Below are positions 20,601 through 27,105 of a DNA stretch of 64,000 bases, piece by piece. Origin of the DNA: an uncultured beta proteobacterium (lineage in GTDB: Bacteria > Pseudomonadota > Gammaproteobacteria > Burkholderiales > Burkholderiaceae_C); contig CAIUDG010000136.1 in the NCBI GenBank assembly GCA_903897925.1, positions 15,734 to 79,733 on the forward strand. Reading direction: 5' to 3'. The position numbers and the translations under genes are program-made. The stretch's first letter is position 1, and each line of letters starts with the position of its first letter. The notes below the pieces were generated by a model. That model worked only from the letters and a program-made list of their open reading frames with translations, had not been told where the DNA came from and did no database searches.

Positions 20601-23600
20601 CGTGAGCAGTAGCACCGTGGTGGGTGACACCAATGTCGGCGGATTGACCGGTGGCAACAATGGCACATTGAGCAATTCGCACTATGACATCGATGGAGTT
20701 TCCATCAACGGCGGCACTGCGGCCGGTCCCGGTGGACTGTATAACACCGCCGGCACCGGTCAGTACTACGACTGGATGAGCAACGGTACGCTGTCGATTG
20801 CGAACTATGCATCCACTCTGCCGGGCAGTGGCAATAGCTACACCATCAGCAGCGTGCAGGGCATGAAGGATTTGCTCGGGTTTGCCGACAATGCGTCCTA
20901 TACCTTCAATTTGGCCAACAATCTGGACCTCGCGAGTGCGCCTGGTTTGTATATCCCAAGCTTCGCAGGAACCTTTAATGGTGCTGGGCATACGATTTCC
21001 AACCTCAATCTGCTTGTCTCAAGCAGCAACCAGGGAATGTTTGGTGTTACCGCCAGTGGCGCAGTCATTGTCAACCTGGGCCTGATCAATGACAGCGTGG
21101 TTGGGCAGGATCGTGTCGGCGGAATGGTTGGAACCAACAACGGTAGCGTCAGCAACAGCTATGCCTCAGGCGGTGTGGTCGGCGCCGGCAGCTATGTGGG
21201 GGGGCTGGTGGGCAATAACCAGGGCACCATCAGTAATAGCTACACCACGGGCACTGTCAGTAGCGCGAATGGTGGTGGCAATCGCGTGGGTGGACTGGTC
21301 GGGGAAAGCGATCATTCTGGGGTGATCAGCAATAGTTACTCCAGCGCCGATACGAGTGGCGCCTACTATGCCGGCGGCCTGGTAGGACTCAACTATGGCA
21401 GCGTCAGCAACAGTTATGCCATGGGCCATGTGAGCACGGGCTATGGCAGTGGTGGACTGATTGGGTATAACGGGTCCAGTAGCGTGACCAACAGCTTCTG
21501 GGATACAGAGACATCGGGCATGTCCAGCTCGGCAGCGGGCGTCGGCATGACGACCGCGCAGATTCAAACATCGGCCAGTTTCAATACGGCGACCGCGGCC
21601 AACGGCAATGTCAATCCGAACTGGGATATGGCCGGTACCTGGATCGTTTATGACGGCCATACGGCGCCGCTGCTGCGCTCGTTTATGACCCCCCTGACGG
21701 TGTCGGCGGGCGATTCCACCACCGCCTATATCGGACAGAACTATGCTGTCAGCGGCGTGAACTATTCGGTGGTTCCGAACGCCAATTTGCTGGGTGCTCT
21801 GTTTGACGGCGCGTGGAATGTCGGTACCTACACCATGGGCGGACTGTATTCGAACCAGCAAGGCTACATCATCAGCTATGGCGCCGGCTCGTTGACCATC
21901 AACAAGGCCGACCTGACCCTGGTCGGTTCGCGCGCCTATGACGGAACGACCATCGTCGCCGGCAGTGTTCTGACGGCGGTTGGGGCCAACAATGAAACCT
22001 TTGCCGTCACCGGTGCGGGTGACGCCAGCAATCTGACCGTTAAAAACGCGCAGACCGGCAGCCCATTGGCGAGTCTGACCGGTCTGACCCTGGGCAGCAG
22101 CAGTAACGGTGGCGTGTCCAGCAACTACAACGTTCTGACCACAGTCGGCAGTGCGGTGGACATCAACAAAGCCAACGCCACGGTAACGGCGAACAGCGAC
22201 ACCAGCAAGGTCTATAACGGTCTGAGCCAGTCGGTCAGCGGTTACACCGTGAGCGGCCTGGTGAATGGCGAGACGGCAGCAGTGCTGACCGGCGTCAGCG
22301 CCGGCGGCTCCGGCACCAATGCCGGAAGTTATGCGACAACGGCCACCGGTACCGACAGCAATTACAACCTGAGCTTCGTGAATGGCACCCTGACCATCAG
22401 CAAAGCCAACGCCACGGTAACGGCGAACAGCGACAGCAGCAAGGTCTACAACGGCCTGAGTCAATCGGTCAGTGGCTTCAGCGCCAGCGGGCTGGTGAAC
22501 GGCGAGACCACGGCGGTGCTGAGCGGCGTCAGCGCAGGCGGCTCCGGTACCAATGCTGGCAGCTACACGACCACGGCCACCGGCACCGACAACAACTACA
22601 ACCTGAGCTTCGTCAACGGCAACCTGACTATCAGCAAAGCCAATGCCACCGTCACGGCGAACAGTGACAGCAGCAAGGTCTACAACGGTTTGCGTCAATC
22701 GGTCAGCGGCTTCAGCGCCAGCGGACTGGTGAATGGCCAGACCACGGCGGTGTTGAGCGGCGTCAGCGCAGGCGGCTCCGGCACCAATGCCGGCAGCTAC
22801 ACGACCACGGCGACCGGTAGCGACAGCAACTACAACCTGAGTTTCGTCAATGGCACCCTGACCATCAGCAAAGCCAACGCCACCGTCACGGCAAACAGCG
22901 ACAGCAGCAAGGTCTACAACGGTCTGAGCCAATCGGTTAGCGGCTTTACTGCCAGCGGGCTGGTGAACCACCAGACCACAGCGGTGCTGACCGGTGTCAG
23001 CGCAGGCGGCGCGGGCACCAATGCCGGCAGCTACACGGCTACGGCCACCGGTACCGACAGCAACTACAACCTGAGTTTCGTCAACGGCACCCTGACCATC
23101 AGCAAAGCCAACGCCACGGTGACGGCCAATAGCGACAGCAGCAAGGTCTACAACGGCTTGAGCCAATCGGTCAGCGGCTTCAGCGCCAGCGGACTGGTGA
23201 ATGGCCAGACCACGGCGGTGCTGACCGGCGTCAGCGCAGGCGGCTCCGGTACCAATGCCGGCAGCTATACGACTACGGCCACCGGTACCGACAGCAACTA
23301 CAACCTGAGTTTCGTCAACGGTAACCTGACTATTGCGCAGGCACATCTGACCGTGACCGCTGGCAATGAAACGCGTACCTACGGCAATGCCAACCCGGTG
23401 CTGACGGAAACCGTGAGTGGTTTCGTCAACGGCCAGACCCTGGCCACTTCCGGCGTCACCGGTACCGCCACCGGTACTACCACGGCGACTTCCAGCACAC
23501 CGGTGGGGGTGGCGGTGATTGCTGCCAATGCCACCGGCTTGCATGCCAATAACTATGACTTCAGCAATCTGGTAAACGGCAGCTTGACCATTACGGCGCC

Positions 23601-23874
23601 TCCGATCAATGCCCCGGGTGTTCCGCTGCTGGTTGTCAACGCTATCTCGAACTTGACCGGTGCAATCAATACCAGTCTGGTAGAGGTCTATCTGGCAGCG
23701 ATTGTGGATTACAACCCGGTGGCGCTGCAGGCAAGCAGTGCGCCCAACCCGACACCGCACCATGACCCGCGCAGCAGTATTGCGGTGCACCCAGAAAACC
23801 TAATGCCAGGCACCTTGGTCATAGTGATAAACGGCGGCATCAAGATGCCGAGCGACCTGCTTGCTCAAGAATAA
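17680..23874 (+). CDS. Two-partner-secretion exoprotein (TpsA / filamentous-haemagglutinin-like), about 2060 aa
   Basis: AAGGA lies 7 nt before the ATG at 17680. The extended signal peptide is MNRIYRLVWNQALGVLVAVAE plus a second hydrophobic stretch ending AQA. The TPS domain shows NLAINWQGFSI and VLNPNGVLFG. The centre has three modules of about 270 aa, rich in GGLVG (GLUG-type) motifs. Seven YDG/MBG-type repeats follow, then a unique roughly 100-aa C-terminus. Confidence 0.9.
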   Translation: MKSHASMNRIYRLVWNQALGVLVAVAENAKGRGKSSSSRGLVAGALALTGGLFLAPFAQAGPTGGQVSAGAGTIVQSGVSTTINQSSQNLAINWQGFSIAANESVRFNQPNAASVALNRVVGQDPSQILGTLSANGQVFVLNPNGVLFGASAQVSVGGLVASTLALSDADLMANSYTFNSSGASAGRSVTNQGSLSAAQGGYIALLAPEVRNEGVIVAQRGTALLAAGDKVTLKLDNGSLLSYTIDQGAINALADNQQLVQADGGQVLMSAKAANALTTAVVNNSGIVQAQTVQNVGGVIRLLGDMETGSVNVGGTLDASAPAGGNGGLVETSAAHVKVASDAKVTTLAAHGLNGTWLIDPVDFTIAASGGDMTGAVLSSNLAGGDIIIQSSSGTIGGTAGAVNVNDAVSWAANKLTLNAQGNININAAMTATGGASLALQFGQGAIASGNRSSVVFGTAGVVSLPASSTNFSTTQGSDGVAVAYTVITSLGQAGSTTTTDLQGMAGNLAGNYVLGADIDASATAAWNSTYGSYAGFAPVGSSYTNGNRFLGIFDGLGHSISNLTVNQPNTNYVGMFGNTGYESQIRNVSLINANVSGGWIVGALVGGGYGTITNAHSSGTVTGNGSYIGGLAGLNGGSLSNSSSTATVNATGGTWTYDVGGLVGLNDSPISNSHASGVVNASGYNAGGLVGNNYGTVSNSYVNGGSVSAYQGGGGLVGNNGGTVSNSHYDIDAVSINGATGTVSANGLFNTNGVGQFNQWMSTGTLDIANYSASLPGSGNSYTISSVQGIKDMLGFADNPAYTFTLANNLTLSAGLFIPYLAGTFDGGNYTISGFNLSGGSKIGLIGVAASSATIKNVVLTGGIVSGGSYVGALVGVNNGSISNSSSSNGTVSGSGYDVGGLVGLNNYSASITNSFANGSVTGSLPSVSGVGGLVGRNYGTVNSSHASGSVSGSYGVGGLVGFSGGGSINNSYVSSSTVVGDTNVGGLTGGNNGTLSNSHYDIDGVSINGGTAAGPGGLYNTAGTGQYYDWMSNGTLSIANYASTLPGSGNSYTISSVQGMKDLLGFADNASYTFNLANNLDLASAPGLYIPSFAGTFNGAGHTISNLNLLVSSSNQGMFGVTASGAVIVNLGLINDSVVGQDRVGGMVGTNNGSVSNSYASGGVVGAGSYVGGLVGNNQGTISNSYTTGTVSSANGGGNRVGGLVGESDHSGVISNSYSSADTSGAYYAGGLVGLNYGSVSNSYAMGHVSTGYGSGGLIGYNGSSSVTNSFWDTETSGMSSSAAGVGMTTAQIQTSASFNTATAANGNVNPNWDMAGTWIVYDGHTAPLLRSFMTPLTVSAGDSTTAYIGQNYAVSGVNYSVVPNANLLGALFDGAWNVGTYTMGGLYSNQQGYIISYGAGSLTINKADLTLVGSRAYDGTTIVAGSVLTAVGANNETFAVTGAGDASNLTVKNAQTGSPLASLTGLTLGSSSNGGVSSNYNVLTTVGSAVDINKANATVTANSDTSKVYNGLSQSVSGYTVSGLVNGETAAVLTGVSAGGSGTNAGSYATTATGTDSNYNLSFVNGTLTISKANATVTANSDSSKVYNGLSQSVSGFSASGLVNGETTAVLSGVSAGGSGTNAGSYTTTATGTDNNYNLSFVNGNLTISKANATVTANSDSSKVYNGLRQSVSGFSASGLVNGQTTAVLSGVSAGGSGTNAGSYTTTATGSDSNYNLSFVNGTLTISKANATVTANSDSSKVYNGLSQSVSGFTASGLVNHQTTAVLTGVSAGGAGTNAGSYTATATGTDSNYNLSFVNGTLTISKANATVTANSDSSKVYNGLSQSVSGFSASGLVNGQTTAVLTGVSAGGSGTNAGSYTTTATGTDSNYNLSFVNGNLTIAQAHLTVTAGNETRTYGNANPVLTETVSGFVNGQTLATSGVTGTATGTTTATSSTPVGVAVIAANATGLHANNYDFSNLVNGSLTITAPPINAPGVPLLVVNAISNLTGAINTSLVEVYLAAIVDYNPVALQASSAPNPTPHHDPRSSIAVHPENLMPGTLVIVINGGIKMPSDLLAQE
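22168..23337 (+). repeat. Five head-to-tail, near-identical 234-bp (78-codon) repeats inside tpsA
   Basis: Repeat units start with AAAGCCAA(C/T)GCC at 22168, 22402, 22636, 22870 and 23104, an exact 234-nt period. Each encodes KANATVTANSDsSKVYNGLsQSVSGF.ASGLVN..T.AVL.GVSAGGSGTNAGSYTTTATGtDsNYNLSFVNG.LTIS. Diverged copies flank both sides. Confidence 0.9.
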
Positions 23875-23893
23875 ATTGCCTGAAAAAAATACC

Positions 23894-25579
23894 ATGAACA
23901 AGCCCAACATCAAGCTCTCTTTCGTCACCCTGGCCGTGCTGGCCTGCGCCAATGCACTGGCGGCACCACCGGTGCCGGACGCCGGTCAGATCAGCCGTGA
24001 CCTGCAAAATCAACCCGATCTGACAGCGCCCAAGTCGGTCGCGCCGTTGCGTGTCGAGGGGCAGGCGCTGCCACCTGGTGCGAAGTCCGGTGATATACGC
24101 TTTGCCGTCAAGACCCTGCACGTGACGGGCAGCAGCGCATTCAGCGCCCAGGAACTGGAAGCGCTGGTGCAAGATTTGGCGGGCGCCGAGCACAGTCTGG
24201 CCGAGCTGACAGCTGGCGCCGGTCGCATTACTGCCTATTACCGTGCGCATGGCTTTGTGGTGGCGCGCGCCTACTTGCCGGCGCAAGATATCAAAGACGG
24301 CATGGTCGTTATTCATGTGCTGGAAGGCGTGCTCGATCAAAAGCGCCTGAGCAATAAATCGGACCTGTCGGACGACCAGGTCAACCGCTATTTCGCCGAT
24401 CTGAAAAGTGGTGAACCGATCAATTCCAACCAGGTCGATCGCGCCTTGCTGCTGCTGTCGGATGCGCCCGGTGTGGGGGCAGCGCGCGCTGCCTTGCAGC
24501 CTGGCGCCAGTGTCGGCAGTGCCGACCTGCTGCTGGAGCTGGACCCGGCCCAGCCCTATGCTGCAAACCTCGAATTCGACAATTATGGCAACCGTTATAC
24601 CGGCGAATACCGCGCCGGCGCGGCGCTGGTGCTGAACAACCCGCTTCGGCTGGGCGATCTGGCCAGTGTGCGTCTTACCACCAGTGGTCCGGACATGACT
24701 TATGCCCGCGTCGCCTACCAGGTGCCTGTGGGCATGCGTGGCCTTAAAGTCGGTGTTGCCTATTCCGATACCGGTTATCGGTTGGGCCAGGAGTTTGACT
24801 CCCTGCAGGCGCATGGCACCGCCGACAGCGTCAGCCTGTACGCCACCTACCCGCTGCAGCGCAGCCAGCTCAGCAATTTGTCTTGTACCGTGAGCTGGGA
24901 GGGCAAGAAGCTGGTCGATCAAACCGACACCGTGGCGAACTCTACCGTCAGCAAGCAAGTGGATTTGCTGACCTTGGGTCTGACCGGCAGCCAGCAGGAT
25001 GCCTTCTGGGGTGGTGGCCTGACCGGCTTTGATGTGGCCTTGATCGGCGGTAGCCTGTCGATGGATGCTGCCTCGCTGGCACTGGATACGGCGGCAGGTT
25101 CCAGCTTCACTGATGGCTCGTTCAGCAAGCTGACGTATAGCGTGAATCGGCAGCAGCGTGTGAACGACAAATACAGCATGTTGCTGGCGCTGTCGGGCCA
25201 GCAGGCGAGCAAAAATCTGAACTCATCGGAAAAATTCTCGCTCGGCGGTGCCAATGGCGTGCGCGCCTATCCCCAGGGTGAAGCCAGCGGCGACGACGGC
25301 ATTTTGGCCAGCCTGGAAGCGCGCCGCAGTGTGAACGAGCAGATCCAGGCGGTGCTGTTTTACGACGCGGGACAGGTGGATACCAATCGCAATCCCTATG
25401 GCGTAGTGGCGGCCGCCAATACCCGTTTCATTTCGGGTGCCGGCTTCGGATTGAACGGTGCCATTGGCAAGCTGCAATTCAAGTCTTCGCTGGCCTGGAT
25501 TACCAGCGGCGGCGACCCGGTATCGGATACCGCCAACCGTACGCCGCGTCTGTGGTTTCAGTTAAGCTTGCCGCTTTAA
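23894..25579 (+). CDS. TpsB outer-membrane transporter (ShlB/FhaC/HecB family)
   Basis: Start placed at MNKPNIKLSFVTLAVLACANALA, a signal peptide. The POTRA region is TLHVTGSSAFSAQELEALV...YYRAHGFVVARAYLPAQDI.DG.V.I.VLEG. The C-terminal half looks like a beta-barrel. It begins 19 nt after the tpsA stop. Confidence 0.9.
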   Translation: MNKPNIKLSFVTLAVLACANALAAPPVPDAGQISRDLQNQPDLTAPKSVAPLRVEGQALPPGAKSGDIRFAVKTLHVTGSSAFSAQELEALVQDLAGAEHSLAELTAGAGRITAYYRAHGFVVARAYLPAQDIKDGMVVIHVLEGVLDQKRLSNKSDLSDDQVNRYFADLKSGEPINSNQVDRALLLLSDAPGVGAARAALQPGASVGSADLLLELDPAQPYAANLEFDNYGNRYTGEYRAGAALVLNNPLRLGDLASVRLTTSGPDMTYARVAYQVPVGMRGLKVGVAYSDTGYRLGQEFDSLQAHGTADSVSLYATYPLQRSQLSNLSCTVSWEGKKLVDQTDTVANSTVSKQVDLLTLGLTGSQQDAFWGGGLTGFDVALIGGSLSMDAASLALDTAAGSSFTDGSFSKLTYSVNRQQRVNDKYSMLLALSGQQASKNLNSSEKFSLGGANGVRAYPQGEASGDDGILASLEARRSVNEQIQAVLFYDAGQVDTNRNPYGVVAAANTRFISGAGFGLNGAIGKLQFKSSLAWITSGGDPVSDTANRTPRLWFQLSLPL

Positions 25580-25597
25580 TACGGGCAGGGGAAGCGG

Positions 25598-26419
25598 ATG
25601 GCTAAATTTGTAGGGGTAACAGGCTTGCCCCGCGCAGGCTCGACCCTGTTGTGTCAATTGCTGGCACAGCATCCGGAGATCCACTGCGAAGGCAGCAGCA
25701 GTCCGCTCTGCAATACCTTGCTGGGCATCCGCCGCATGGTCAGCGACGACCAGTTTTTTCTGTCCCAGCTCGATAGCACTTTTGAGAGCAGCTACGCCCA
25801 TCTGGCGTCGGCGATGCAGGGCTATCTGCGTGGCTGGCACCACGATTGCCAGAAGCCGGTGGTGGTGGACAAAAACCGCGCCTGGCTGCATGCGGTGGAG
25901 CTGCTACTGCACATTGAGCCTGAGGCCAAGCTGATTGTGTGTCTGCGCGACCTGGGGCAAATATACGGCTCCATTGAGGCCCAGCACCAGCGCACGATCC
26001 TGATAGATTTCATTGACCACTTGGCCGACTACGACCGCTTCGGTCGCGCCGATGTGTTGTTTGCCAAAGACAAGGCGATTGGCGCGCCGCTGGTGTCCCT
26101 GCACGCGGTGCCAGACTTGCCCAAGCAGGTTCAGGAGCGCCTGTATTTTGTGCGTTTTGAAGACCTGATGGCGCAGCCCGCAGCGTGTATGTCACATGTC
26201 TATCAATGGCTGGGCGTATCGCCCCTCACTATCAACACCCAGCAACTGGAAGTCGGTGTGCAGGAGAGTGACAGCCACTACCACATGAAGTACACGCACA
26301 AGCAGGCGACGCGTATCGCGCCGCCCAAGCGCCACGACATACCGGCGCGGATTCAGACGCTGATAGAAACCGCCTACGCCTGGTACTACCAGCTTTACTA
26401 TCCGCAGCAGAAGAAATGA
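25598..26419 (+). CDS. Cytoplasmic PAPS-dependent sulfotransferase, tyrosylprotein-sulfotransferase-like
   Basis: The 5'-PSB loop is GLPRAGSTLLCQLLAQHPEIHCEG. The 3'-PB segment is KLIVCLRDLGQIYGSIEAQ. A later segment is YFVRFEDLMAQP......WLGV. No signal peptide. It begins 18 nt after the tpsB stop, preceded by GGGGAAG. Confidence 0.8.
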   Translation: MAKFVGVTGLPRAGSTLLCQLLAQHPEIHCEGSSSPLCNTLLGIRRMVSDDQFFLSQLDSTFESSYAHLASAMQGYLRGWHHDCQKPVVVDKNRAWLHAVELLLHIEPEAKLIVCLRDLGQIYGSIEAQHQRTILIDFIDHLADYDRFGRADVLFAKDKAIGAPLVSLHAVPDLPKQVQERLYFVRFEDLMAQPAACMSHVYQWLGVSPLTINTQQLEVGVQESDSHYHMKYTHKQATRIAPPKRHDIPARIQTLIETAYAWYYQLYYPQQKK

Positions 26420-27054
26420 AGCCGCCCGTGGCCCATAGCGGCAATCTGGTCTGGCAGGGCAGCGCAGTGAGTCGTGCACAGCACCAGCTGGATGCCGGAC
26501 ACCGGGGTGCGGTGGTCTGGCTGACCGGATTGCCGGGCTCGGGAAAATCCACCATTGCGCGTGGTGCGCAGCTGCAGTTGCAGCAGTTGGGCTATCGCAC
26601 GGCGCTGCTCGATGGTGACAATTTGCGCCACGGTCTGTGTGCCGATTTGGGCTTTTCGCTGGCGGATCGCAATGAAAATGTGCGCCGCACGGGCGCTGTG
26701 GCCAAGTTGTTTCTGGACACCGGGGTGCTGGTGTTGGTGGCACTGGTGTCGCCGCTGCAGGCCGCGCGTGCGGCGGTGCGGCAGTCTGTGCCGGCGGGTG
26801 ATTTTCTGGAAGTTCACTGCCAGTGCCCGGTCACGGTGTGCCGGGCGCGTGACCCGAAAGGCCATTACGCCCAGGCCGAACGCGGCAGTATTGCCGATTT
26901 CACCGGCGTGTCATCGCCCTATGAGGCGCCGCTGCAGCCCGACCTGTGTCTGGCCACCGGGCTGGAGCCGGTGCAGGCCTCGGTGGCGCAGCTGCTGGCG
27001 CTGATCCAGGCGCGCAACCCGCTAGTGCGCGGCAAGATTCTCCCGCAGATGTAA
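26416..27054 (+). CDS. cysC: Adenylyl-sulfate (APS) kinase
   Basis: The ATGA overlap with the sulfotransferase stop is at 26416-26419. The P-loop is VVWLTGLPGSGKSTIA. The signature LDGDNLRHGL..DLGFS..DR.ENVRR is present. Confidence 0.9.
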   Translation: MKPPVAHSGNLVWQGSAVSRAQHQLDAGHRGAVVWLTGLPGSGKSTIARGAQLQLQQLGYRTALLDGDNLRHGLCADLGFSLADRNENVRRTGAVAKLFLDTGVLVLVALVSPLQAARAAVRQSVPAGDFLEVHCQCPVTVCRARDPKGHYAQAERGSIADFTGVSSPYEAPLQPDLCLATGLEPVQASVAQLLALIQARNPLVRGKILPQM

Positions 27055-27105
27055 TTGTGCTGGGTTACTATCCAGCATCAAAGTCGTTTTCGTATACAGA
27101 ACGCT

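Noticed and set aside
21166-23790. An 874-aa ORF antisense to tpsA
   Set aside because: It lies wholly inside and opposite a gene with clear family signatures. Its product is Arg/Gly/Ala/Val-rich, as expected for a stop-free antisense frame in GC-rich repetitive DNA.
17680-25579. A contact-dependent inhibition (CdiA/CdiI/CdiB) reading of the TPS locus
   Set aside because: I see no VENN or (Q/E)LYN-type demarcation motif. No small immunity ORF lies between or after tpsA and tpsB, since the gap is only 19 nt. The C-terminus is short and follows an Ig-like repeat stalk.
26416-27054. cysC as part of an assimilatory sulfate-reduction operon
   Set aside because: No cysD, cysN, cysH or cysI is adjacent. 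The gene overlaps a sulfotransferase gene instead.
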